This document shows positions 38,301 through 44,846 of a stretch of 64,000 nucleotides of DNA, piece after piece. Under the pieces are notes generated by a model. The model ran no database searches. It was not told where the DNA came from and worked only from the letters and a program-made list of their open reading frames with translations. The number at the start of each line of letters is the position of its first letter. Position 1 is the first letter of the stretch. Source of the stretch: Ferruginibacter sp. (GTDB lineage Bacteria > Bacteroidota > Bacteroidia > Chitinophagales > Chitinophagaceae). The translations under genes were made by a program, and so were the position numbers. The DNA lies in the NCBI GenBank assembly GCA_014379905.1, contig JACMKX010000157.1:19983-83982 (forward strand). The letters run 5' to 3'.

Positions 38301-39316
38301 GTTTCTGTTTTACTCACGGTTACCTGGGGCGATGCATTAATGGTAACATTTGTTGTTGCTACCTGGTTGGTACAGCCACCTGTTCCTGTTATAGTATAGG
38401 AAACTGTATATACTCCGGGTGTACTTAGTCCCGGGGTAATGGCACCGGTACTGCTATTGATAGAAAGACCTGCACCGGCAGTGTATACCCCTCCTGCTGT
38501 TCCGGTTCGGGTTACAGCTATATTTCCTGCAGCAGACCTACAAAAAGGGTTGCCCGTGTAACTAATAGTTGCTGACGGCCTGGCTGTTACAATAACCGAA
38601 ATAGTAGCAGCAGGACTCACACAAGCCCCTACGGTTTGCGTAACCGTGTAATTAAAAGTGCCCGCAACATCGGTTGCAGGGGTAGGAGCAGTTGTTAATC
38701 CGCTGGCGGCAAATTGAATGTTGTTAAAACATCGAAGACCTGCGGAAGCTCCTCCCGTAATGGTGATGGAACCCGTGCCTTCATTTATCGGGTAAGTGGG
38801 ATTATCCGCCCCTATATTCCCCGTTCCTGCCGAAGCCCCTATACTGTAATTGCCGGCAGCAACGATATTATAGTTAAATGTATTGGTAACCTTTACAGCT
38901 GAAGCTCCTGCTGTGGTGGAAGTAGTTGTAGATGAAGTAGCGATTATAGTACCCGTACTATTGTAGATAGACAATTGTAACCCCGATACCGACTGGTATG
39001 CAGGAATATAATAATCTACTGTATAAATTGTAATATCCGGCCTGTTGGTGGTAAAGTTTAGTTTACGGTTGTTAGAGCCATTGTCAATATAAGTACCAGT
39101 TGCCAGAAGATCTGTCCCTCCTGCTATGGCAGGTGACACACTTGTCCATTTAAGGTTGCTGCCGGTTGCAGTTAAGGGAACTGCTGTAGCATTTTGACAA
39201 TATGATACCGGCGACACTACAGTTGGTGCTGCAGGACCCGGCGTGCACTGGGCATTTGCTTTATAAAAAAGTAAATTCGCGAAAAGGTAAAAACAAAGTA
39301 AAAATTTGGCTTTCAT
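29375..39316 (-). CDS. Giant (3313 aa) T9SS-secreted surface protein: Ig-like modules, SprB repeat, PA14 domain, very long beta-helix-like repeat region, C-terminal sorting domain
   Basis: A single uninterrupted 9.9-kb ORF with signal MKAKFLLCFYLFANLLFYKANA. ISY..FC..TG.GG.(Y/F)..GL.I...TG.I modules occur near both ends. See the sub-features for SprB, PA14 and the CTD. Confidence 0.9.
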   Translation of the reverse strand: MKAKFLLCFYLFANLLFYKANAQCTPGPAAPTVVSPVSYCQNATAVPLTATGSNLKWTSVSPAIAGGTDLLATGTYIDNGSNNRKLNFTTNRPDITIYTVDYYIPAYQSVSGLQLSIYNSTGTIIATSSTTTSTTAGASAVKVTNTFNYNIVAAGNYSIGASAGTGNIGADNPTYPINEGTGSITITGGASAGLRCFNNIQFAASGLTTAPTPATDVAGTFNYTVTQTVGACVSPAATISVIVTARPSATISYTGNPFCRSAAGNIAVTRTGTAGGVYTAGAGLSINSSTGAITPGLSTPGVYTVSYTITGTGGCTNQVATTNVTINASPQVTVSKTETCVGGSTGTLTASATGGIPPYTFSLNGAAYQSSGTYTALAAGNYTLNVMGNTGCVTSTIVNIAPFANSAGDQTEAGSNTWVGHMYDGTGFNSYIGKFTETETFDESFGASLGCFNVVSAGNTRSIYTQSFSVKFRMNSTKKGLYVANFGSDDGVRLTIDGSMMFNNWTDHAFLTNASVLMNLTGSSNLMYEYYENGGENRVTFQNFIPLIANNITTNTSQSICIGNTAAVISGDVFGALPAGITLSGTGYQWVYSTSPGGIRTTIAGATAASFTPSTAVAPFNAAGTYYLYRTAKLSSTNNIGYNPYIATHESNAATVIVSGGGQWTGSISTDWAVAGNWCAGVVPTSADDVLIKSSAVRMPEVITTGSCKSLTIETGAAVTTLLAGTLNIAGILTNSGTMTNSGTVNFNGTAQQTFSGTNTFYNLTINNAAGVLLPSTITVNNNLLITSGTLNTNNYSITVRGNWTNNAAATAFTGGTGTVSFAGTAAQVIGGSFSTRFNNITIANTGNTVSLNVNAVIQGNLNVAAGTFDLTTFTANRETSGGTLMVANNAVLKIGGTNSFPINFTTNNLIVASTVEYNGTNQTVANQVYGNLILSSSAGSAVKTLPATPLSIIGNFSSVQGAGTDVTYTAGAAITVNGNVSIGIATTFNAASFSHTMGANWANGGTFNGNTGTIIFTGIGATISGAGVENFNNLTIAASLVTFSNNSVTLSGNLATTGPGSFSLPAGGTVIMTGTSKTISGFGISIDNLSISGSVSTSSSLTITGNLSVTGSFVSSAGVITMNGASKTISGAGAKSFSSLYITGTVTTNADFSISSALNISGTFTASAGTATFTGPSTLTGKASLFTTRINGTSLRLSSASILGIANALTISTGTLDVTSSTPNTVDFNGTGAQSINAIAYDNLILSNGNTKTALAGLTVNDDITIAASTSFAPGDFTHFIYGDWYNYGTFNAGLGNIELIGSQNAGIYGATLFNILTINNNTAATSITLHDNVGASIVNMVSGTLLTGTNMLTITNTRTGNGIIMGHITRTHAFITGVAYAFEGPNNTIQFSAVSAVTSITVSVSHGSIVDFPYNSAISRLYDISIPLGTYNASLRLHYEDVELNGNNESSMVLWNYNGTFWLPFGKSANSTTDNYVEQVNLASLNNRWTCGYATNVVEWNGSVSTEWHVPANWTVLQGSPSTPPSVDDVAVIGNSTFNNQPAITTPVSVKNIVFGSAKPVVLSMATGGSLATGDIVGIWSGNAIHTLNVNDQTVNIAGNLALSDGTNNHAVNLNIGSGNLNVIGSIYQLGGANVTFTGAGNLSIRDDYQYVNGTFTAGTGTVTYNGSINQIVAGVNYNNLTINKTNSTAFINDSTNINGNLIIAAGRLENHASTVITGNVEIQSGASLENASRFRVGGDWINNGTYASIEQDTRVIFNGTGAQNISSSTFYNLEINKPVGTVATLTGDVTLKGDLSGNSGTLDTKSFIFNRDVVGGTASIADAGTLIIAADNAPNKFSNYQLSAGSTVVFNGTATQHLLLPGVVYGNLTFRNTGTKILYTPIAVKGNLTIETGAIFDAGTNTISLDGNWINDGTYIPSTSTLLCLGNLKTISGNNTFHRMTVPGSYTFLHNNTINQLLQITATGNVNGGSGIVTTMNGDLINRGILYALGTTTFTGNVQQTLSLINAVQTVAITVNFNGSVSPVLNSTSPPQYGFLNINNTGGVNASVGYNILYGLSVGTGASFNAGGSVHNIYGYLNNNGTITSSSTINFLPATATSINLGTNFSSTGRVVFGGAGAMTVTGTPLSLRNVTVSNTHASGVTASSNWTLTNSLTINSGSLFNAGNNQFSIAGIIDNRGTINAGTSTFKLNGTLPQTIYSASAFHKLVVETASEPVNLLSDVTVNDTLHFIKGNMATGTYKLIQPNAGVVNNASQLTGWINGNLQKGINAGATQRIFETGDAAYYTPVSLALQGVTTGGNLLISTMSGDHPQLAASRINVNKSVNRYWKLTNSGIVFSDCEASFKHPFSDVDAGAATVSFGAAVYDDISWEDAGAVSSNDTITTVTASKLTGDYAIGEVCNKNTAISYGATYYCTTSSAATPVLTGNGGGVFSSSAGLTLDPSTGLITPSTSTPGEYKIIYTIAATGECALYETTATVFIDGAPSATVNYGAGPFCSGGGIIYPDSTGTTGGIFSANGGLFIDPLTGSIDLGSNQPGNYTVTYTISASGACEAVAFTAPVTIVSPGKWMGTVSVRWLDAGNWMCGIIPAANANVSFDSGALYYPLIDSGIVSLNNLTIASGASVLVSNAALKVSGIINNAGSINASAGTLEFSGTVPQTIGAATFFNNAVTDLIISNSSDSGLVLAGPLDVYGSLTYSATGKNFTTNDFLTLKSTSAGTARVGNMTGVGITGNVTVENYIPAHKAWNFLSVPTNTSQHIKQSWQEAAASASANPIPGFGTQITSSRSSWLADGFDANSPSTSIKKYDPVSGAWAMLTNTNISGIKNTEGYMIFVRGDRTISAGNASTTPTVLRTRGLLYQGNLPSVTIPARKLIAIGNPYAAPLDLRKIVKTGVKDFFTVWDPALGGLYGAGGYQVFSADSSGNYVVVPGAGSYGPSGSISNYIPSGQAFFVEGDTNGGSVSLNENAKYDPLDAAIESGNKIQMLVNLLSVNADSSTMMADGLLVNFNNAYSNAIDNGDALKSANTAENISVLTAAKSLIVERRNLPASKDTIYLKMVNLKTRAYRLNIQSSLLNAGGRTGVLVDNFTNSSTALQLNDNTQLNFTVTAAPASYASNRFKIIFDKLSVLPVKFVALKAYTVAGNSINIDWQTAEEINTRHYEVERSHDGSGFTKIMTTPAKGGNANTYSLNDVQPYTDVNYYRVKGIEHSGEVLYSNVVKVSTANKDAVINVFPNPVPGGITSLQLNNMPKGKYAVSLINIGGQVVYSNAVENTGSSSTHLIDLGKTITAGVYELLIVDPNAVKYTRELIVE
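29378..29630 (-). other. Type IX secretion C-terminal sorting domain (Por_Secre_tail-like) of the giant protein
   Basis: VINVFPNPVPGGITSLQLNNMPKGKYAVSLINIGGQVVYSN.....AGVYELLIVD matches the (V/I)YPNP...G.Y...(V/I)...G CTD pattern. Confidence 0.8.
37690..38070 (-). other. PA14 domain of the giant protein
   Basis: WVGHMYDGTGF...FSVKFRMN...GLYVANFGSDDGVRLTIDGSMMFNNW...YEYYENGGENRV matches the PA14 core (G.DDG.RL.IDG..(V/I)..NW ... Y.E.GG). Confidence 0.75.
38136..38305 (-). other. SprB repeat of the giant protein
   Basis: TCVGGSTGTLTASATGGIPPYTFSLNG.....LAAGNYTLNVMGNTGCVTS matches C.G..(N/T)G.(I/L)...A.GG..PY.(F/Y)S...G.Y...V.D..GC. Confidence 0.7.
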
Positions 39317-39621
39317 GTGATTTGAGTTAGGCTAAGGTTTGTTGGTGGTGTAGGCACCGTCCGTTCGGGCAATAGCAAATTTGTAAAAGTAGATTCCTTG
39401 CTCAGCTAACGCAACCCTTTGCGGGTTATTGCGGAAGAATAATAAATGTTGTTAACACAAATTGCTTTCTCATTGAATAGCTACAACCCTTGTAGAGCAT
39501 ATACTATATCGATATTGAGATATATCCCCGAAGCACCATATGACTAAAAAGAAGGGAAATGTTACTTATTAAAAAATACAGGCATTTATAACTCACGCAA
39601 AAGTTTTCCGGATCTTTTCGA

Positions 39622-39656
39622 ATAAAAAAACCTGCATTTTTTTAAAAATGCAGGCC
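39622..39656 (-). terminator. Rho-independent terminator of the E1 dehydrogenase gene
   Basis: cctgcat...atgcagg hairpin. On the minus strand it is followed by a T7 run (plus-strand aaaaaaa at 39624-39630). Confidence 0.75.
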
Positions 39657-39679
39657 GGTTTATTATAGTTTGCGAAAGG

Positions 39680-42064
39680 TTACTCCGCCATCATTTCCTT
39701 TACTACTCTTACCACATCTTCGGTATTGGGTTTTGCAAAATAATCACCGTCGCTGCCGTACCCTGGCCTGTGGGCTTTGCCGGTAAGTGTGCGTGGCCCC
39801 GCATCCAGGTACTTGTAACCTTTTTGTATCTCCATTACGTGATTGTACATATAGGCAGCTGCACCACCGGGTACGTCTTCATCCACAAACAAAATCCTGC
39901 TGGTTTTTTTCAGGGAATCAACAATGCTGTGGTTAATATCAAATGGTAATAAGGTTTGCACATCTGTTACTTCACAATGAATGCCGGACTTCTCCAGTGT
40001 TTCTGCAGCTTCCAGCACAATGCGGAGGGTAGAACCATAAGTTACAATAGTGATGTCATCTCCTTCTTTAACAATTTCGGGTATGCCTAACGGTATCGTG
40101 TAAGCGAGTAAATTAGAAGGTAATTTTTCTTTCAGGCGATAGCCATTTAAACATTCTATTATTATACCCGGATCATTTGCCTGCAATAAAGTATTGTACA
40201 TACCAACCGCCTGCGTCATATTCCTGGGTACACAAACATATATGCCCCGTAAGGAATTTATGATCATTCCCATGGGCGAGCCACTGTGCCAGATGCCTTC
40301 TAACCTATGGCCTCGGGTACGTACAATCAATGGTACACTTTGTCTTCCGGCAGTACGAAAATGCGTGGTAGCCACATCGTCGCTCAAAGGCTGCAAGCCA
40401 TACAACAGGTAATCTAAATACTGAATTTCTGCAATGGGTCTTAGCCCACGCAGGGCCATACCTATACCCTGCCCCATAATAGTTAACTCACGTATGCCGG
40501 TATCAAATATTCTCTGATCGCCATGTTTTTCCTGCAAACCACTGAAACCCTGGTTCACATCGCCTATGAAACCCAGGTCTTCTCCAAAAGCCGCTACTTT
40601 TGAATTGGTTGAAAATAACTGGTCGAAATAATTATTCAATACCTCAAATCCATTTACGGTAATGGCATTCTCTTTATAATAAACAGGAATAACCGGCACT
40701 TTTAATGCAGACTTTGGCCCTTCATTGTACAGGTGACTATCGTACAATATTTCCCCCTGCTTTTTTAAATCGTTGTAATAATCAGTGATGGCATCGGCCA
40801 TTGCATTTCCTTTTAGTAATAATTGCGAGCAGGTAAATAAAGCTTTCAGCACATCCCTTCGCATAGGTTCCCTTAATGAAACCAGTTCTTTTATTTGCTG
40901 CTGAATAGCGGGGTGGGCTCCTACCGCTTTGTTAAGCACTTCTACAGTACTGCTAACAATTGCTTTAATAGGATTGATATATTTGTCCCAGGCCCGTTGC
41001 TTACTTTCCTTTACATGTTGCGCAGCATTTCCTTCTATTTCTTTCAACTCTTCTTCTTCTGCCAAAGCGTTTTCCAATATCCATTGCCGCATTTGTTTAA
41101 TACAATCCCACTCTTTTTCCCAGCCCAGGCGATCGGTATTTTTATAACGTTCATGGCTACCCGAAGTAGAGTGTCCCTGCGGTTGTGTTATCTCTTCCAC
41201 ATGAAATAAGGCCGGTGTATGTGTATCTCTTATTTTTTGAATGGCGTGTTCCAGCACTTCGCACATACCGGCATAATCCCATCCTTTTAGTTTATAGATT
41301 TCTATGCCGTTGGTATCTTCGTGTTTTTGCATACCGGCCAATGCATCCGAAATGGATGCCTTGGTTGTCTGGTATTTTTTTGGAACTGAAATGCCATATC
41401 CATCATCCCACACAAAAGCTGCCAGCGGAACCTGCAATACGCCTGCTGCGTTGATGGTTTCCCAAAAATGCCCTTCGCTGGTGGAGGCGTCGCCAATTGT
41501 ACTGAAGCAGATCTCGTTTCCGTTGTCGCTTAATGCTGTTTGATTATGTAATGCAGGTACGTTTCGAAAAATCTTGGAGGCAAAAGCCAAACCAAGGGCC
41601 CGGGGCATTTGGCCGGCAGTAGGGGCAATGTCGCTGGAAACATTTTTCAGGCGGGCCAGGGGCAGCCAGTTCCCGTTTTCATCTACCATTTGTGTGGCAA
41701 AATGAGCGTTCATTTGCCTGCCTGCGCTAAATGGTTCATTATTTATATCCGGATCAGCATACAATTGTGCAAAAAATTGTTCCACTGTAGCCAACCCGCT
41801 TGCAAACATAAAGGTTTGGTCCCGGTAATAGCCGGAGCGAAAATCGCCCGGTTTAAAGAATTTTGCCATTGCAACCTGCGCCACTTCCTTCCCATCTCCA
41901 AAAATGCCGAATTTGGCCTTACCTGTCAACACTTCTTTTCTACCTAAAAGGCTGGTTTCCCGGCTTTCACAGGCAATTTTATAGTCCTTCAAAACCTCTT
42001 TTCTAAACAGGTCAAAGCTTAACTGTTCCCGGGAAGTGGCATCTGGCTGATTCATGGTATCCAT
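39680..42064 (-). CDS. TPP-dependent 2-oxoacid dehydrogenase E1 component, fused alpha/beta subunits
   Basis: GDASTSEGHFWETINAAG is the TPP-binding motif in the N-terminal half, with a transketolase-like pyrimidine-binding and C-terminal half. Start chosen at MDTMNQP (42064) because the 42193 start would leave no promoter space for the divergent gene at 42196. Confidence 0.85.
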   Translation of the reverse strand: MDTMNQPDATSREQLSFDLFRKEVLKDYKIACESRETSLLGRKEVLTGKAKFGIFGDGKEVAQVAMAKFFKPGDFRSGYYRDQTFMFASGLATVEQFFAQLYADPDINNEPFSAGRQMNAHFATQMVDENGNWLPLARLKNVSSDIAPTAGQMPRALGLAFASKIFRNVPALHNQTALSDNGNEICFSTIGDASTSEGHFWETINAAGVLQVPLAAFVWDDGYGISVPKKYQTTKASISDALAGMQKHEDTNGIEIYKLKGWDYAGMCEVLEHAIQKIRDTHTPALFHVEEITQPQGHSTSGSHERYKNTDRLGWEKEWDCIKQMRQWILENALAEEEELKEIEGNAAQHVKESKQRAWDKYINPIKAIVSSTVEVLNKAVGAHPAIQQQIKELVSLREPMRRDVLKALFTCSQLLLKGNAMADAITDYYNDLKKQGEILYDSHLYNEGPKSALKVPVIPVYYKENAITVNGFEVLNNYFDQLFSTNSKVAAFGEDLGFIGDVNQGFSGLQEKHGDQRIFDTGIRELTIMGQGIGMALRGLRPIAEIQYLDYLLYGLQPLSDDVATTHFRTAGRQSVPLIVRTRGHRLEGIWHSGSPMGMIINSLRGIYVCVPRNMTQAVGMYNTLLQANDPGIIIECLNGYRLKEKLPSNLLAYTIPLGIPEIVKEGDDITIVTYGSTLRIVLEAAETLEKSGIHCEVTDVQTLLPFDINHSIVDSLKKTSRILFVDEDVPGGAAAYMYNHVMEIQKGYKYLDAGPRTLTGKAHRPGYGSDGDYFAKPNTEDVVRVVKEMMAE

Positions 42065-42159
42065 ATAGCAATAAATTAGGGCGAAAATACCGATTTTGGA
42101 CATGATTGTTAAAAAACAGTAAAGAGAATAACAATTTGATGAATAATCCTCCGTTTTAG

Positions 42160-42167
42160 TATCTTTG
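42160..42167 (+). promoter_or_regulatory. -7 box TATCTTTG upstream of the DUF1573 pair
   Basis: Matches TAnnTTTG, 28 nt upstream of ATG 42196. Confidence 0.5.
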
Positions 42168-42195
42168 GAGTCAATTAATTTTAAAAACCACACAA

Positions 42196-42696
42196 ATGAA
42201 AAAAGTTATATTCTTATCGGCTTTTAGTTTTTTATCTTTTGCAACTTTTGCCCAGCATGAAGGTCATGCACACGCTGCCCCGGCTGCTGCTGCAGTAACT
42301 GCACAGGCATCCAAAGCTGCTGAAACTACTGCTCCTGCAGATGCATTGGCATTAAAAGAAGTTGAATTTGATTTTGGGAAAGTACCACAGGGAAAACCTG
42401 TTACCCACGAATTCAGTGTAACCAATACTGGTAAAGCTGCCTTTAAATTAGATAATGTTCAGGCAAGCTGCGGTTGTACTACCCCGGTTTGGGATAGGGA
42501 ACAGGTAATAGAACCAGGTGCAAGTGCTAAAATAACGGTAGGTTTTAATGCTGCCGCTGCTGGTCCTTTCACTAAACCAGTAACCATCACTTATAATGGC
42601 ACACAAACTAAAGTAATGACTATTAAAGGTGAAGTATTTGCTACACCAGCTGCCAGCGCTCCTGCTAACCAGGGCGTGAATGATTTGAAAAATTAA
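42196..42696 (+). CDS. DUF1573 domain protein with His/Ala-rich N-terminal linker
   Basis: 166 aa with a signal peptide, then QHEGHAHAAPAAAA. The core is FDFGKVPQGKPVTHEFSVTNTGKAAFKLDNVQASCGCTTP, the DUF1573 hallmark (F.FG.(V/I).....F...N.G...L.I......CGCT). Confidence 0.85.
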   Translation: MKKVIFLSAFSFLSFATFAQHEGHAHAAPAAAAVTAQASKAAETTAPADALALKEVEFDFGKVPQGKPVTHEFSVTNTGKAAFKLDNVQASCGCTTPVWDREQVIEPGASAKITVGFNAAAAGPFTKPVTITYNGTQTKVMTIKGEVFATPAASAPANQGVNDLKN

Positions 42697-42714
42697 TGCC
42701 TATAAAATTTAATC

Positions 42715-43179
42715 ATGAAAAAGATCCTCTTTTCTCTTTTTGCAGTAGCGGTAACTGCTTTTTCTTTTGCCCAAACAAAAGTTAGCGATGTGGCGCAGTT
42801 TACAACTGAAACAATTGACCTTGGAAAAATGAAAGTCAATAAGCCTGCTACCGCAGTTTTTGTAGTTAAGAATATTGGTAAAACACCGCTGATAATCGAA
42901 TCTGCAAGTCCTACCTGCGGATGTACCGTAGAAGATTTTACAAAGGGACCAATTGCCCCGGGTAAAACCGGTGAAGTGAAAGCTACTTTCAATGCAGCAA
43001 ATATTGGCCCGGTTCATAAAAGTATGAACGTGAAATTTGCGGGTGTTGATGAGATCAAACCGATCAATTTTACCGGTGAGGTATTAAGCGTAGAAGATTT
43101 TGCTAAACTATCGCCTTCCGCCAAGCCCGCTTCAGTTAAGACTGTAAAAAAAGCAGCCCCTGTTAAAAAATCCAGGTAA
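42715..43179 (+). CDS. DUF1573 domain protein (tandem paralog)
   Basis: 154 aa with IDLGKMKVNKPATAVFVVKNIGKTPLIIESASPTCGCTV. It starts 18 nt after the previous gene. Confidence 0.85.
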   Translation: MKKILFSLFAVAVTAFSFAQTKVSDVAQFTTETIDLGKMKVNKPATAVFVVKNIGKTPLIIESASPTCGCTVEDFTKGPIAPGKTGEVKATFNAANIGPVHKSMNVKFAGVDEIKPINFTGEVLSVEDFAKLSPSAKPASVKTVKKAAPVKKSR

Positions 43180-43200
43180 TTAATACAAAGATATAATTAG

Positions 43201-43229
43201 AAACTCCGGATATATTCCGGAGTTTTTTA
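43201..43229 (+). terminator. Rho-independent terminator
   Basis: aaactccgga-tatat-tccggagttt hairpin plus a T-run. Confidence 0.8.
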
Positions 43230-43378
43230 TGCATATAAATTTGATGCTGCAATAAAAATGCTTCTCCGGAATACGTGTAACATGCAGTAAAAGTTATAAG
43301 CTCTAATACTTTTTTCAAAGAGTACAAAGAGTAAAAGAGGAATAAGAGCTGGCTAATTTTCACTTCAACAGCTCACCC

Positions 43379-43401
43379 CTCCCTCTCCTCTGGAGAGGGG
43401 G
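43379..43401. repeat. GC-rich hairpin word (cccctctcc...ggagagggg)
   Basis: cctctcc-tct-ggagagg stem, extended by flanking C/G. It stands alone in the spacer upstream of the aminotransferase gene. Confidence 0.55.
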
Positions 43402-43530
43402 CAGAACTCTGCCATCTTTCAGGCTGAAATAATTATAGAAAATAAATCAGTATACATCAGTTCCCTCAGCGTCATCCGTGTATCTATCCCTATTCCAAAG
43501 GATTGTCTTTTCGGCTTACCCTAAATCTTA

Positions 43531-43538
43531 TAACTTTG
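43531..43538 (+). promoter_or_regulatory. -7 box TAACTTTG immediately upstream of the aminotransferase ORF
   Basis: Matches TAnnTTTG only 4 nt before ATG 43543. This implies either a leaderless mRNA or use of the internal Met at 43573. Confidence 0.4.
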
Positions 43539-43542
43539 CCCC

Positions 43543-44739
43543 ATGTTAAAGATCAGCAACCGCGGGCACGAAATGCCTGCATCTCCTATTCGTAAATTGG
43601 TTCCTTTTGCAGAAGCAGCAAAAAAAAGAGGCACTAAAGTATACCACCTCAACATTGGCCAGCCTGATATTGAAACGCCCAAACAATGCCTGGATGCAGT
43701 AAAGCAGTACGATATGAAAGTGCTGGAATATAGCCACAGCGCAGGCAATGAGAGCTATCGTAAAAAACTGGTGACCTATTATGCGCACAATGATATTGAT
43801 GTAACACCCAACGAAATAATAATAACTACGGGCGGGAGTGAAGCTATTCTTTTTGGCTTTATGGCCTGCCTCGATGCCGGCGATGAGGTTATAATTCCTG
43901 AACCGTTTTATGCCAACTACAATGGTTTTGCCATACAGGCAGATGTAATTGTTAAACCTATCAGCAGTTCTATTGAAACGGGTTTTGCATTACCGCCTAT
44001 TGAAGATTTTGAAAAAGCCATCACGCCAAAAACAAAAGCCATTGTGGTTTGTAATCCCAATAACCCTACCGGTTATTTATACAGCGCTGAAGAAATGGAA
44101 ACATTGAAGCAGATCGTTTTAAAACACCATTTATTTTTGTTTGCAGATGAAGCCTACCGGGAGTTTTGTTATGAAGGTACCCACACCAGTGCCATGCATT
44201 TAAAGGGTGCGGAAGAACATGTAATACTGATGGATACCATCAGCAAAAGATACAGCGCCTGCGGTGGCCGAATCGGTGCTTTCATTACTAAAAATAAAGC
44301 AGTGCTGGATGCCGCCATGAAATTTGCACAGGCAAGGTTAAGTCCGCCGTTTTATGCACAGATCCTGGGCGAAGCCGCTGTTGACCTGCCTGAAAATTAT
44401 TTTGACACTACCAAAGCGGAATACAAACTGCGCAGGGATACCATTGTAAAAAGACTAAATGCTATGCCCGGAGTATTTTGCCCCAATCCTGGCGGAGCTT
44501 TTTATGCCATGGCCCGGTTACCCATTGATGACAGCGATGTATTTTGTCAATGGTTATTGGAGTCCTTTGACCATAACGGGCAAACGGTAATGCTGGCTCC
44601 TGCCACCGGTTTCTACAGTACGCCCGGGCTCGGTAAAAATGAAGTACGTTTGGCTTATGTATTAAACGTGGAGGCTATTAATGGAGCAATGGATTGCCTG
44701 CAAGCAGCGTTGTTGAAATATCCGGGAAGGATGGAATAA
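43543..44739 (+). CDS. Class I/II pyridoxal-phosphate-dependent aminotransferase (aspartate aminotransferase-like)
   Basis: 398 aa with MPASPIRKL, NIGQPD, NPNNPTG and SKRYSACGGRIG (PLP-lysine region). Confidence 0.9.
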   Translation: MLKISNRGHEMPASPIRKLVPFAEAAKKRGTKVYHLNIGQPDIETPKQCLDAVKQYDMKVLEYSHSAGNESYRKKLVTYYAHNDIDVTPNEIIITTGGSEAILFGFMACLDAGDEVIIPEPFYANYNGFAIQADVIVKPISSSIETGFALPPIEDFEKAITPKTKAIVVCNPNNPTGYLYSAEEMETLKQIVLKHHLFLFADEAYREFCYEGTHTSAMHLKGAEEHVILMDTISKRYSACGGRIGAFITKNKAVLDAAMKFAQARLSPPFYAQILGEAAVDLPENYFDTTKAEYKLRRDTIVKRLNAMPGVFCPNPGGAFYAMARLPIDDSDVFCQWLLESFDHNGQTVMLAPATGFYSTPGLGKNEVRLAYVLNVEAINGAMDCLQAALLKYPGRME

Positions 44740-44846
44740 GAGTTCAAAGGTTCCAAAGTTCAAAGGTTTAAGGTTCAGGCTTTATTATTCAGGCTTGACT
44801 ATTTTATTGCAGAGCGATAGAACATTGAACTTTTGAACCGTTGAAC
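44740..44846. repeat. Inverted TTGAAC-family stutter arms spanning a whole convergent spacer
   Basis: gagttcaaaggttccaaagttcaaaggtttaaggttcagg (44740-44779) versus agaacattgaacttttgaaccgttgaac (44819-44846). The arms start 1 nt after one stop codon and overlap the other by 1 nt. Confidence 0.85.

Noticed and set aside
29451-38902. About 30 plus-strand ORFs of 60-160 aa inside the giant gene (for example 30615..31097, 35934..36332, 36552..36932)
   Set aside because: They are antisense shadows of a single uninterrupted 9.9-kb minus-strand ORF whose product has coherent domain signatures. The antisense products are low-complexity (P/V/L/A-rich), as expected from complementing G/T/N-rich codons.
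39317-39621. Invertible (phase-variable) promoter upstream of the giant adhesin gene
   Set aside because: Only short palindromes are present (atatcgatat, aaccc/gggtt). There are no long flanking inverted repeats and no site-specific recombinase gene in the window.
42065-42193. N-terminal 43-codon extension of the E1 dehydrogenase ORF (start at 42193)
   Set aside because: It would abut the divergent DUF1573 gene (ATG 42196) with no promoter space. The extension is Cys/Tyr/Phe-rich and not protein-like. A -7 box for the divergent gene lies inside it.
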